Shown here: piece by piece, positions 53,663-62,824 of the stretch
Layout of the letters: the number at the start of each line of letters is the position of its first letter
Position numbering within the stretch: position 1 is the stretch's first letter
DNA from: Saccharolobus islandicus REY15A
GTDB lineage: Archaea > Thermoproteota > Thermoprotei_A > Sulfolobales > Sulfolobaceae
DNA: 64,000 nucleotides
Strand: one strand, 5' to 3'
Assembly: GCF_000189555.1 (NCBI RefSeq)
Contig: NC_017276.1
Translations under genes and position numbers: made by a program
The notes under the pieces: model-generated
Told to the model about the DNA's origin: nothing
The model's input: only the letters and a program-made list of their open reading frames with translations
Database searches by the model: none

Positions 53663-54478
53663 ATGAGCATAAGAGTTTATAATCCATTACAAGATGATTA
53701 TATAAGAATTCCGAAGCCAATTACTAAAATAGTTAGTCTAGATCCAGCTTCTACAGAGATAATATTTCTTTTAGGCTTAGGAGATAAGGTTAAAGCCACA
53801 GACGCCTTTAGTTATAGACCAGAAGAGGCGAGAAGAACATTAAAGGTAGGTAGTTATACTCACGTTAATATGGATATCTTAGAGCAAATTAATCCGGATA
53901 TAATATTTACTACTGCAGGAGCACAAAAGGAGCTAACAAGAAAATTAATTGGTTTAGGTTTTAACGTATATCCCTTACCAGTTCCAACTAACATCGCAGG
54001 GATTTTGAATAACGTTTTACTTATTGGAAATGTTTTAGGAGCCTACCAAAACGCCAGAGAATTATATTATAATCTTTACACTACTATAAATGAGCTTAAA
54101 GTTGGGAGGTTTAAGAATAAGCTAAAGGTCTATGTGGAACTGGACCTAGGCGGACCTATAACAGTAGGTTTTCCAACTCATATCAGTGACGGAATATCAC
54201 TATTAGGAAGTATTAATATTTTCGATGACGTTTCTGAAGCCTATTTCACACCCAATGATGACGAAATCTTGAAAAGAAATCCAGACATTCTAATTTACGA
54301 GCCGAAAAAGCTTACAGATTACGAAAAGGAGAGATTTTATTCAATTTTACAACAAAGAGGATTATTTCAGCTGTTAAGTAAGCGTATAATCTTCACCAAG
54401 GGTGATTATTTAGCTCATATGGGACCTAGTTTCATAACTGATGCACTGATTTGGCTTAAATCAGTTGTTTTTTCTTAA
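53663..54478 (+). CDS. BtuF/iron-siderophore-type substrate-binding domain without signal peptide
   Basis: KIVSLDPASTEIIFLLG, EQINPDII, RNPDILI, HMGPS. Confidence 0.8.
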   Translation: MSIRVYNPLQDDYIRIPKPITKIVSLDPASTEIIFLLGLGDKVKATDAFSYRPEEARRTLKVGSYTHVNMDILEQINPDIIFTTAGAQKELTRKLIGLGFNVYPLPVPTNIAGILNNVLLIGNVLGAYQNARELYYNLYTTINELKVGRFKNKLKVYVELDLGGPITVGFPTHISDGISLLGSINIFDDVSEAYFTPNDDEILKRNPDILIYEPKKLTDYEKERFYSILQQRGLFQLLSKRIIFTKGDYLAHMGPSFITDALIWLKSVVFS

Positions 54479-55039
54479 CCTTAGCTTCCTAGTTATCCTA
54501 CTTCCTTTAGCTAATCCTCGGATTATTGAATACAAACCCAATATTATGCTTCCTGCCATGATCACTTCATAAATCACTTTAAGTAACGCTAAAGATGAAT
54601 AAAACGAAGAGATTAGATTATAGTTGAACACACCATAATCAAAGGTTAAATACGCAGTCTGCTGTCCAGTATTTATCAAGAATATTCTGTAGGTTCCGTT
54701 TATCAATTTCACTCCTATATATCCTTGCTGATTAATAATAGTCTTACCAATTTCATTTATGACTGAAATATTGATCGTAGAAGTGTTTGAAGTAAATGCG
54801 ATTAGCGTATTATTGAAATCGTTAATAGTAATGTTTGCAATATTTATACCTAAATTAGGTGATATTTCAATGTTTTTGAGATTGCTTTTGTAAACAAGGC
54901 TAATATATTTATAATTGGGAAAATAGTTTGGGATTTCTAAGAAAAGCGCAAATGTTATTAAAAAGATTATTAGCATTATGGTGCTAAAAATGAAATATGA
55001 TTTTTTCCCATTATCATTAAAGCTTTTAAATCTTCCCAT
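54461..55039 (-). CDS. Hypothetical membrane protein (N- and C-terminal TM helices, extracellular beta domain)
   Basis: Hydrophobic ends and an Asn-rich central region with NxT/S sequons. Confidence 0.65.
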   Translation of the reverse strand: MGRFKSFNDNGKKSYFIFSTIMLIIFLITFALFLEIPNYFPNYKYISLVYKSNLKNIEISPNLGINIANITINDFNNTLIAFTSNTSTINISVINEIGKTIINQQGYIGVKLINGTYRIFLINTGQQTAYLTFDYGVFNYNLISSFYSSLALLKVIYEVIMAGSIILGLYSIIRGLAKGSRITRKLRLRKNN

Positions 55040-55058
55040 TATTTTTCACCTATGTTCG

Positions 55059-56639
55059 GTGTCCAAGAAATCTGTTGAGGTTCTAGATACAACATTAAGA
55101 GATGGATCGCAGGGCGCGAATATATCTTTTACTCTAAATGATAAAATTAAGATAGCACTACTCTTAGATGAGCTTGGAGTAGAATATATTGAAGGAGGAT
55201 GGCCAGGATCTAATCCTAAGGATGAGGAGTTCTTTAAAGAGATAAAGAAATATAAACTATCTAAAGCTAGAATAGCTGCCTTTGGAAGTACCAAAAGAAA
55301 AGATGTTAGCGTAAAGGAAGATATTAGTCTAAATAGTATAATAAAAGCAGATGTTGATTTTGCTGTAATATTTGGTAAGTCATGGTCACTACATGCTACT
55401 GAAGTCCTAAAGGTAACTAAGCAAGATAATTTAGATATAATATATGACAGCATTAATTATTTGAGATCACATGGTCTTAAGGTGATATTTGATGCAGAGC
55501 ACTTCTATCAAGGCTTTAAAGAAGATCCAAAATATGCACTCGAAGTAGTGAAAACTGCAGAATCTGCGGGGGCAGATGTAATTGCTTTAGCAGATACTAA
55601 TGGTGGTACACCACCATTTGAGGTTTATGAGATAACAAAGAAAGTTAGAGAAGTATTACATGTTAAACTAGGTATTCATGCCCATAATGATATAGGATGT
55701 GCAGTTGCCAACTCTTTAATGGCTATAAAAGCAGGAGCTAGGCATGTCCAAGGAACAATAAATGGAATTGGCGAGAGAACTGGTAATGCTGATCTAATAC
55801 AGATAATACCCACACTAGTGTTAAAAATGGGATTTAATGTATTAAAAGGTAGAGATAGTTTAAGGAAATTGAGGGAGGTTTCAAGAATAGTATATGAAAT
55901 ACTAGGATTACCTCCTAATCCCTATCAACCTTATGTTGGTGATAATGCCTTCGCACACAAAGCTGGTGTTCATGTTGATGCTGTAATGAAGGTACCCAGA
56001 GCGTATGAACATGTTGATCCTTTATTAGTAGGTAATGACAGAAAGTTTGTAATTTCAGAATTGTCTGGAACTGCAAATCTAGTCTCATATTTACAAGGCA
56101 TAGGAATAGTTGTTGACAAGAAAGACGAAAGGCTTAAAAAAGCTTTAAATAAGATTAAGGAACTTGAGGCTAAAGGATATAGTTTTGATGTTGGTCCAGC
56201 TTCCGCAATTTTGATAACACTAAAGGAGCTAAACATGTATACGAATTATATAAATTTAGAATACTGGAAAGTAATAAACGAGAATAATGGTCTTTCAATA
56301 GGGATCGTTAAAGTTAATTCTCAGCTCGAAGTTGCTGAAGGGGTAGGTCCAGTAAACGCAATAGATAGAGCGCTAAGAATGGCACTTCAGCGGGTATATC
56401 CAGAAATAGGTGAAGTTAAGTTAATAGATTATAGGGTTATATTGCCTAGTGAAGTTAAGAACACTGAGAGTGTCGTTAGGGTTACCATAGAATTTACAGA
56501 TAATAAAATGAACTGGAGAACAGAAGGAGTATCTAAAAGCGTTGTGGAAGCTTCAGTCATGGCATTAGTAGATGGGCTTGATTATTACCTACAATTAAAG
56601 AAGACATTAAAAACAAGTGCAGATAATTATATTGCGTGA
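55059..56639 (+). CDS. cimA: Citramalate synthase (LeuA-related)
   Basis: DTTLRDGSQG, YIEGGWPGSNPKD, DAEHFYQG, HAHND, GERTGNAD, FAHKAGVH. GTG 55059. Confidence 0.82.
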   Translation: MSKKSVEVLDTTLRDGSQGANISFTLNDKIKIALLLDELGVEYIEGGWPGSNPKDEEFFKEIKKYKLSKARIAAFGSTKRKDVSVKEDISLNSIIKADVDFAVIFGKSWSLHATEVLKVTKQDNLDIIYDSINYLRSHGLKVIFDAEHFYQGFKEDPKYALEVVKTAESAGADVIALADTNGGTPPFEVYEITKKVREVLHVKLGIHAHNDIGCAVANSLMAIKAGARHVQGTINGIGERTGNADLIQIIPTLVLKMGFNVLKGRDSLRKLREVSRIVYEILGLPPNPYQPYVGDNAFAHKAGVHVDAVMKVPRAYEHVDPLLVGNDRKFVISELSGTANLVSYLQGIGIVVDKKDERLKKALNKIKELEAKGYSFDVGPASAILITLKELNMYTNYINLEYWKVINENNGLSIGIVKVNSQLEVAEGVGPVNAIDRALRMALQRVYPEIGEVKLIDYRVILPSEVKNTESVVRVTIEFTDNKMNWRTEGVSKSVVEASVMALVDGLDYYLQLKKTLKTSADNYIA

Positions 56640-57544
56640 GCTGGGATCCTGGCGGATTAAACAAGAATACTAGAAGTAAATTTTACGTAATTTTGCGATT
56701 CTTAAGGATAGAGCAGACTTTCTTTAGTTTACCTATGGCCTATTTAGGAGCTTTCGTTGCAATTAAAGGAATTCCTCCAATTTCAACATTAATATTGATT
56801 TTTTTGGCTTTATTCTTTTTAAGAACTGCTGGAATGACTAACGATAACTTAGCAGATGTCGAGATAGATGCGAAGAATCCTAGAACCAAAAATAGACCTT
56901 TAGTAACTGGTGCAATAAAAATAAGTGAAGCAAAGGCTATGATTACTACTTCTCTGATTTTATTCTTTATTACGTCATATTTTGTCAATATCTGGGCATT
57001 TATCTTATCTCCTATTGTAGCGATAATAGTAATGTCATACCCTTATATGAAAAGATATACTGCATTCGCTAACTATCATCTGGCATCAATCCAAGGATTG
57101 GCAGTATTTAGTGGTGCTGTGGCTGTATTGGGTTTGTACTATAATTCCCTAGTTCAGATTCTTTTGAAAGTCCCATGGTTTTTCGTAATTGGAACAATTT
57201 TATGGGCTGCGGGGTTCGATCTTTATAATCATATACCTGATGCCGAATTCGACAAAGAGATGGGTTTACATAGTTTCGCTGTGGTACTAGGGAGATGGGC
57301 TCTAACATTTGCTGGACTCAATCAACTATTCTCTGTAGTACTCGATCTTCTAGGTGATTTGTATTATGGATTAGGTCCAATAGCTATATTTGCAACTATT
57401 CTTCACGGTCTTATAATGGCATATGCGTACTATTTAGCATCGCAGAAAAATGATTTCGGCAGAGCATTTTATTACAATATATATTCATCTATTGTGTTAG
57501 GATTAGGTGTTGATATAGATGTTGTGCTAGGTATTCCATTTTAG
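56636..57544 (+). CDS. UbiA-family aromatic polyprenyltransferase (MqnP-like)
   Basis: RTAGMTNDNLADVEIDAKNPRTKNRPLVTG, YPYMKRYT, AGFDLYNHIPDAEFD. GTGA overlap with cimA. Confidence 0.88.
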   Translation: MSWDPGGLNKNTRSKFYVILRFLRIEQTFFSLPMAYLGAFVAIKGIPPISTLILIFLALFFLRTAGMTNDNLADVEIDAKNPRTKNRPLVTGAIKISEAKAMITTSLILFFITSYFVNIWAFILSPIVAIIVMSYPYMKRYTAFANYHLASIQGLAVFSGAVAVLGLYYNSLVQILLKVPWFFVIGTILWAAGFDLYNHIPDAEFDKEMGLHSFAVVLGRWALTFAGLNQLFSVVLDLLGDLYYGLGPIAIFATILHGLIMAYAYYLASQKNDFGRAFYYNIYSSIVLGLGVDIDVVLGIPF

Positions 57545-57590
57545 GAAAAATAGGAAAAAGTTAAAACCCCCTAATACAAAAAATAAAGTA

Positions 57591-57662
57591 GAGATATCCA
57601 GGGACCTTAGGACAGATGAGAGGAGCCCCTTGATATTTCCCCCCAGGGTCCCTGGATATCTT
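57591..57662 (+). ncRNA. Candidate K-turn hairpin ncRNA
   Basis: Perfect 14-bp stem GATATCCAGGGACC/GGTCCCTGGATATC; internal ATGAGAGG-AGCC-CCTTGA K-turn; BRE/TATA (GAAAAAG-TTAAAA, 57554-57566) about 30 nt upstream. Confidence 0.6.
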
Positions 57663-58563
57663 ATAAGTTGTAAAGTATGCCCATTTTTCCCTTTCTGATA
57701 ATGTAATACCTTTCGATAAATCTCTTCATTATTGCCCTTAGTTTTGATACTCTTACACTTTCGAAATTCCCATTCCACGGAACATTAGACCTTATATGTA
57801 TAGCCTCTCCTTTACCAGTATCTATAATGTTAATGAAAATCGGTTTAAAGCTTTCATTAATTTTTCTAGATATTAACCTGCCCACATATATACCCTCTCT
57901 CATTGCCAACTCTCCCAATTTGGGGTAATTCTTTATCATATCTCCAATTACAAACACATCGTTCTTATATTCCAATTTATCATTTATAGGTAAGAAATCT
58001 CCAATTATCTCATTAGGGTCACAAGCAGGAATTATATCATCAGATTTTTCAGATAATCGTATTCCATTCTTTTCTAATAATTCAAGAACTTTAGTACTTA
58101 CTTTTTCCCCTAACCATTTTAGGACTGGGCCGTAGTAAGAGACTTCCTTGTTTAGCTTTCTCAAATAAAAAGCCAGTTGAATACCAAGATACTCATCTAG
58201 ATGATTTTCTACACTTATGCTAACTCTATCCTTTCCTATTATCCTTCCTATAATATCTAATTGGCGTTCTCTTTTACATCCCATAGCAAGGATTAGTTTA
58301 TGACCTTGAATCTCTGTACCATTTTCAATTTTCACTGTTTTTCTTTCTAAATCGATTTCCTTTACCTTGCTCGTTATGGTTGGTTTTATGTTAGCTGTAT
58401 ATTTAATATTTTTATTAGACATGAGTTTTTGGAGATATGCAGTATAAAATACAAGTTGAGCTTTATCAGCTATTAGTGTTTTAACTACATGATTCCCTAA
58501 TTCATAATAAGCGTTAAGTCCCGAGTACCCCGCACCCACGATTACAACTTTCTCTGTTTCCAT
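57661..58563 (-). CDS. FAD-dependent pyridine nucleotide-disulfide oxidoreductase (short SQR-like)
   Basis: VIVGAGYSG, LILAMG, FVIGD, PKLGELAMREG. Confidence 0.75.
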   Translation of the reverse strand: METEKVVIVGAGYSGLNAYYELGNHVVKTLIADKAQLVFYTAYLQKLMSNKNIKYTANIKPTITSKVKEIDLERKTVKIENGTEIQGHKLILAMGCKRERQLDIIGRIIGKDRVSISVENHLDEYLGIQLAFYLRKLNKEVSYYGPVLKWLGEKVSTKVLELLEKNGIRLSEKSDDIIPACDPNEIIGDFLPINDKLEYKNDVFVIGDMIKNYPKLGELAMREGIYVGRLISRKINESFKPIFINIIDTGKGEAIHIRSNVPWNGNFESVRVSKLRAIMKRFIERYYIIRKGKMGILYNL

Positions 58564-58636
58564 TTCGGTTATTAGTAATCTAATGTTTCCTTTTAAAAGA
58601 TAAGTTAAAATAAAGGTTCAGAAAAAGTTCTACTAT

Positions 58637-59299
58637 GTGAGGCTACGTCTAGGATACGTGAGTGAAAAAGAGTTAGAGGTTATAGAACCCCTATTAAGCA
58701 ATGAAATCAATAGAAATGTTGAATTAGAGCCTATACGTGTTAAGGAAGACGAATTGAAGTTCAAACTTAAAGAATTAGACCTAGCTTTTATACCCTTACC
58801 TTTAACACTTTTTTACGAAAACATAAGATTTATAAGTAATGGTGCATTTGTGACTACTAAAATTGGATTAAAGGTTATAAATAATAGATTTGCTAGATTA
58901 TGTATTAGTAGTTCCAATTCAACAGAGTATTATTTGTTTAAAATACTTACAAATTATAAAAACCCAATAGAGGTAGTCAGAAGTGAATCATGTACCGATA
59001 CTGACGTACTAATAAGTTATGAGGATTACCATATCTCTTTAGATGAACTCTGGAGAAAGAATTGCGGTGATCTTCCTATAGTTATAAGCTTAATTGGTTC
59101 TTTACGTCTAGATGAACAAACTCTATCTAAAGTTAAAGTAATTATCAGAGAAGCAGCATCTTTACAAGAGTCTAGGAAGAAAGTCTCACAGTATAGTAAA
59201 GAATTAGGTCTTAAAGGGAGGCAAGCAGTGGAATGTTTCTTCCAACTCTGTTTAAAAAAGGGTTTATGTAGGAGTACGATTTCTCCTCAGATTCTATGA
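58637..59299 (+). CDS. MqnA/MqnD-like (periplasmic-binding-protein fold) quinone-biosynthesis family protein
   Basis: LDELWRKNCGDLPIV and ELGLKGRQAVECFFQLCLKKG resemble MqnD C-terminal motifs (judged by eye). Confidence 0.45.
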   Translation: MRLRLGYVSEKELEVIEPLLSNEINRNVELEPIRVKEDELKFKLKELDLAFIPLPLTLFYENIRFISNGAFVTTKIGLKVINNRFARLCISSSNSTEYYLFKILTNYKNPIEVVRSESCTDTDVLISYEDYHISLDELWRKNCGDLPIVISLIGSLRLDEQTLSKVKVIIREAASLQESRKKVSQYSKELGLKGRQAVECFFQLCLKKGLCRSTISPQIL

Positions 59300-59457
59300 A
59301 GGTTCTTAGTTTTTCTAGTTAATATAAACATTGCCGCTGCTATGAAAATTGAGTTAATAGTTAATGCGTATTGAAGTGCCTCATTATTAATTTTAGTTGA
59401 TAAAACCGAAATTGTTAATAAGACCAATGTTAAATAGATGAGTAATGTAGCTTTCAT
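59287..59457 (-). CDS. Small two-TM membrane protein (56 aa)
   Basis: Below the track cutoff. MKATLLIYLTLVLLTISVLSTKINNEALQYALTINSIFIAAAMFILTRKTKNLHRI. Confidence 0.55.
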   Translation of the reverse strand: MKATLLIYLTLVLLTISVLSTKINNEALQYALTINSIFIAAAMFILTRKTKNLHRI

Positions 59458-59569
59458 ATTTAGTTATTCGTGTAATCTAATATAGAGTAATCTTATGTAA
59501 GTCCTAATATTACCTTATGCCTAGATGACGATAAGAATATTAAACGCTAAAATTTGAATTACACTTAAG

Positions 59570-60676
59570 TTGAAGGATATAGTAAAGTTTTTGACTACTG
59601 TGCTATATTATGTGGAAAAGAAGAATTATCCCTTGGCGGTAGCGTTTAAACGAGCGTATCTGCACAACAAACCAAGGAAGATAGAGTCTAACCTCTTATA
59701 CGAATATAGTAAAAGGATGCTATTATCTTATTATGCATTACCTCAAAGCAAAAGGTCATTTAAGGTAAGATATTGGCTTGAAAATAAGGAAAGTATTGAG
59801 ATTAAGTTTCCTAACTGGATGGAAGAAAAACTATCCACATTATTAGATATTAATGCTCTAAAAAGAAAACTATCAGAAAGATGGATGTGGGCTCGTGTAA
59901 ATATCCTCAAGACTGATATCGATAAAATTTATAGGGAGTTAGAGAGTCAAAATATAGAATTTGAAGCGGATAAGAATTTTTATTATATGATAAAGATCAA
60001 GAAGTCACCAGTAAGATTATCTTCTTTGAGCATAGTAAAAGACTGTAAATTAGTAATTCACGATAAAGCTAGTTCCTTAGTGGTAGAAGCACTTAAGCCA
60101 GAGATAGGTGAAAAACTAGTCGATCTGTCTTCAGCTCCCGGGATTAAGGCTTCTTTATACATGATGCTAACAGAAAATAGAGCGGAAACTTTCCTAGCCG
60201 ACGTCGATTTTAAGAGGTTATCGAGGGAATATAATTTGTTAAAAAGGTGTGGAGTAGATTTACGTAAGATTCATATAATATATCAAGATTCCACAAAAAA
60301 TAGCGTAATAAAATCAGATAAGATATTATTAGATGCTCCATGTTCCTCCTCCGGAATGATAAATAATGATCCTTCTATTTTATTGAAATTAAGTGATAAT
60401 GAAAAAATAAAAAAGTTCGCTAAATTGCAGAAATCTTTACTAAATGAGTCCTTAAAGATTAGGGCCAATAAACTCGTTTATGCAGTATGTTCATTATTTC
60501 CAGAAGAGGGTGAAAGGGTAATAGAAGACTATTATGATATAGCTGAAATGCCATTTTCTAATTATCAATCTGGTTATTCTTTATACAAGGTAGGAAAGAG
60601 ATCCAATAGGACTTTCCCTCATATCGATTCTACTGAAGGGTTCTTTATATCAGTCTTGAATTTAACTAAATTATAA
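59570..60676 (+). CDS. RsmB/NOL1/NOP2 family RNA m5C methyltransferase
   Basis: DLSSAPGIK, LLDAPCSSSG (motif IV Cys), VYAVCS (motif VI Cys), TEGFFISVL. Confidence 0.88.
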   Translation: MKDIVKFLTTVLYYVEKKNYPLAVAFKRAYLHNKPRKIESNLLYEYSKRMLLSYYALPQSKRSFKVRYWLENKESIEIKFPNWMEEKLSTLLDINALKRKLSERWMWARVNILKTDIDKIYRELESQNIEFEADKNFYYMIKIKKSPVRLSSLSIVKDCKLVIHDKASSLVVEALKPEIGEKLVDLSSAPGIKASLYMMLTENRAETFLADVDFKRLSREYNLLKRCGVDLRKIHIIYQDSTKNSVIKSDKILLDAPCSSSGMINNDPSILLKLSDNEKIKKFAKLQKSLLNESLKIRANKLVYAVCSLFPEEGERVIEDYYDIAEMPFSNYQSGYSLYKVGKRSNRTFPHIDSTEGFFISVLNLTKL

Positions 60677-60724
60677 ATTCACATTACACTCCGTACTTTT
60701 TATAAAGGATTAAAAAGAGGATAT

Positions 60725-62797
60725 ATGGTGATTCCTGATTTTATACTTTACCAGAAATTAGATTTAAATTTTATCACTAAATTCAATTGCTGGCTTAAGT
60801 TGAAGGATGAAGATTCTGTACAGTTAGTATGTAACGTTTTGCGTCAACCCTCAGTTGATATTAATGAATTTGGGATAAGAATGAGTGATAATAAGTGGAT
60901 TTTCAGAAAGGGCAATTTTGTTGTTATGATTGAGGACGATAAGGAAACGATAATTAGGAAAGATGAAAATGAATATGTAGTAGATTATATTATGTATAAT
61001 AATAATGAAATTTATCCAATTTATCTAAAAGGAAGAAAATATATTTTGAATGGAGAGGAGTATGAGAAGTATCTGTCTTATTTAGATAAAAAAATTTTGA
61101 TAGGAAAAAGTAAGCTAACTATAATATTAGGAAATAAACACTTGGACGTTGATCGTGGAGACAGAGTTTACGTTTCAAGACACTCTATTTCTATAATATA
61201 TGATAATGTTACTAAAGTTATTAATAATAAAGGTATTGCGTCATATTTTAATTTTAAGGGAGATTATCTAGGTTTTATTCAATCCTATGGTAATATATAT
61301 AGATCAAGTGAGGGAATAATAGTCTCTTCTAAAAAGGGAAATATTGGAATATGTATTGATGATGCATACTTAATAGGAGAGTTTTCTGGAGGATTACTAA
61401 TTCTATGTGGTGAAAGCTTAAAGCAGTACTATAATACTGGTTGGAGGGAGATCGAGAGAAATATAGATTCGGAGTTCTTTGTTAACTCAAATAGAAACTT
61501 GTTTGGAATTCTAAAAAACGGAAAACTTTACATTTTTGACAATAATTTTAACAAGTTATTTATTTTTGATAATGTGACTTCATTCAATTTTAACTTTAAA
61601 AGGATTTATCTGGTTTCTAATGACGGAACTGTTGGAATAGCTACATTGGAAGACAACTATAAGCCGATCAAAGTTATAAATAGAAACAATAGTATTCAGA
61701 ATCCAATTATTCTGCAAGTTGACGAAAATTATTCCCACAGTTTTAATATAAAAAACGGCAAGATGCTAGATATTAAGGTTGTTGAAGATAAAAAGAAAAT
61801 CGTACTAATAGAGCCTTTTGAATATAGTAAAGATTCCCTCGAAATCTCTGCTGGAAATACGTTCTTCTCTTTTATGTACACTATTCCTTATACTTCTCAA
61901 CTCCCAAAAATTGAATTCTCAAATGCAAAGATACTTGCAGCAGATGAAGGTGGAGCGTTAATTGGTAATCCAGACAAGAACGCGTTATTAATGTTTAATA
62001 TAAAGTATTCCATTCCAACTAGATCTCAAATAACATTTACAATAGAAGCTCTAAGTCAAATATATAAGCTTACTACTATGGAAAATTATGGTAAGAAATC
62101 ACTTAAAATACCACTAACCATTAATAATTTAAAGCTTTCAGACGTTCAAGTCAATGTTTACGCTCATGTAGATGATCGATTAGTTGCGTCATTAGAATTT
62201 TTAGCACCTATGGAAATAGTTAGAAAGAAAGCTAATTTAAATAGAAATAAAATCATAATTATAAATAATAGTGTTGAGAAAGAAGTTGCCATAGTAAAAA
62301 ACGAGATTTTCGAATGGAAGGAGTTATTTGAATATCCTTTAGAATACAAAGGAATATTATTTGGAAAAGTAGGTGAAAAAATAGAAGTTGACGGTGAAAA
62401 GATAATTGTAAGAGATGGGTATGATTTGGTCAAGATTGTCAAAGATAATGGGAATTATATCAGAGAATACTTATTAATTAGCATTAAAAACCCCATTAAG
62501 TCAATCAATGCTGAGTTAAAAGGTGATCAACTGATAATAAAATTAGATATGGAACCTAATATTCCTTTCGAAATATTTTATGGGCCTCATTCATATAGAG
62601 GCATATCTAAAGAAGGAAATCACATCATTTTCCCCATAGAGCCTGTATATAATTCAATAAAAATCAGAGCCTATACGCAGGGTTTTACGTGGGAGTCACA
62701 ATATGACTTAGTTAATATTATAAAGTTATCAATCTCTATGGCTTTAAGTGAAGCAATGGCTATAAAGGAAGTTTTAAGTAATTTCGGTATTGTGTGA
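60725..62797 (+). CDS. upsX: UpsX (first gene of the UV-inducible pilus locus)
   Basis: Large beta-rich hypothetical protein directly upstream of a VirB11-type ATPase; name rests on the known Sulfolobales upsX-upsE order. Confidence 0.7.
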   Translation: MVIPDFILYQKLDLNFITKFNCWLKLKDEDSVQLVCNVLRQPSVDINEFGIRMSDNKWIFRKGNFVVMIEDDKETIIRKDENEYVVDYIMYNNNEIYPIYLKGRKYILNGEEYEKYLSYLDKKILIGKSKLTIILGNKHLDVDRGDRVYVSRHSISIIYDNVTKVINNKGIASYFNFKGDYLGFIQSYGNIYRSSEGIIVSSKKGNIGICIDDAYLIGEFSGGLLILCGESLKQYYNTGWREIERNIDSEFFVNSNRNLFGILKNGKLYIFDNNFNKLFIFDNVTSFNFNFKRIYLVSNDGTVGIATLEDNYKPIKVINRNNSIQNPIILQVDENYSHSFNIKNGKMLDIKVVEDKKKIVLIEPFEYSKDSLEISAGNTFFSFMYTIPYTSQLPKIEFSNAKILAADEGGALIGNPDKNALLMFNIKYSIPTRSQITFTIEALSQIYKLTTMENYGKKSLKIPLTINNLKLSDVQVNVYAHVDDRLVASLEFLAPMEIVRKKANLNRNKIIIINNSVEKEVAIVKNEIFEWKELFEYPLEYKGILFGKVGEKIEVDGEKIIVRDGYDLVKIVKDNGNYIREYLLISIKNPIKSINAELKGDQLIIKLDMEPNIPFEIFYGPHSYRGISKEGNHIIFPIEPVYNSIKIRAYTQGFTWESQYDLVNIIKLSISMALSEAMAIKEVLSNFGIV

Positions 62798-62819
62798 GTA
62801 TATTTTTTCTGAATACTCA
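62780..62819 (+). promoter_or_regulatory. upsE promoter region: AATTTC element and TGAGTAT-N11-ATACTCA inverted repeat
   Basis: AATTTC at 62780-62785; palindrome at 62795-62819. Confidence 0.5.
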
Positions 62820-62824
62820 GTATT

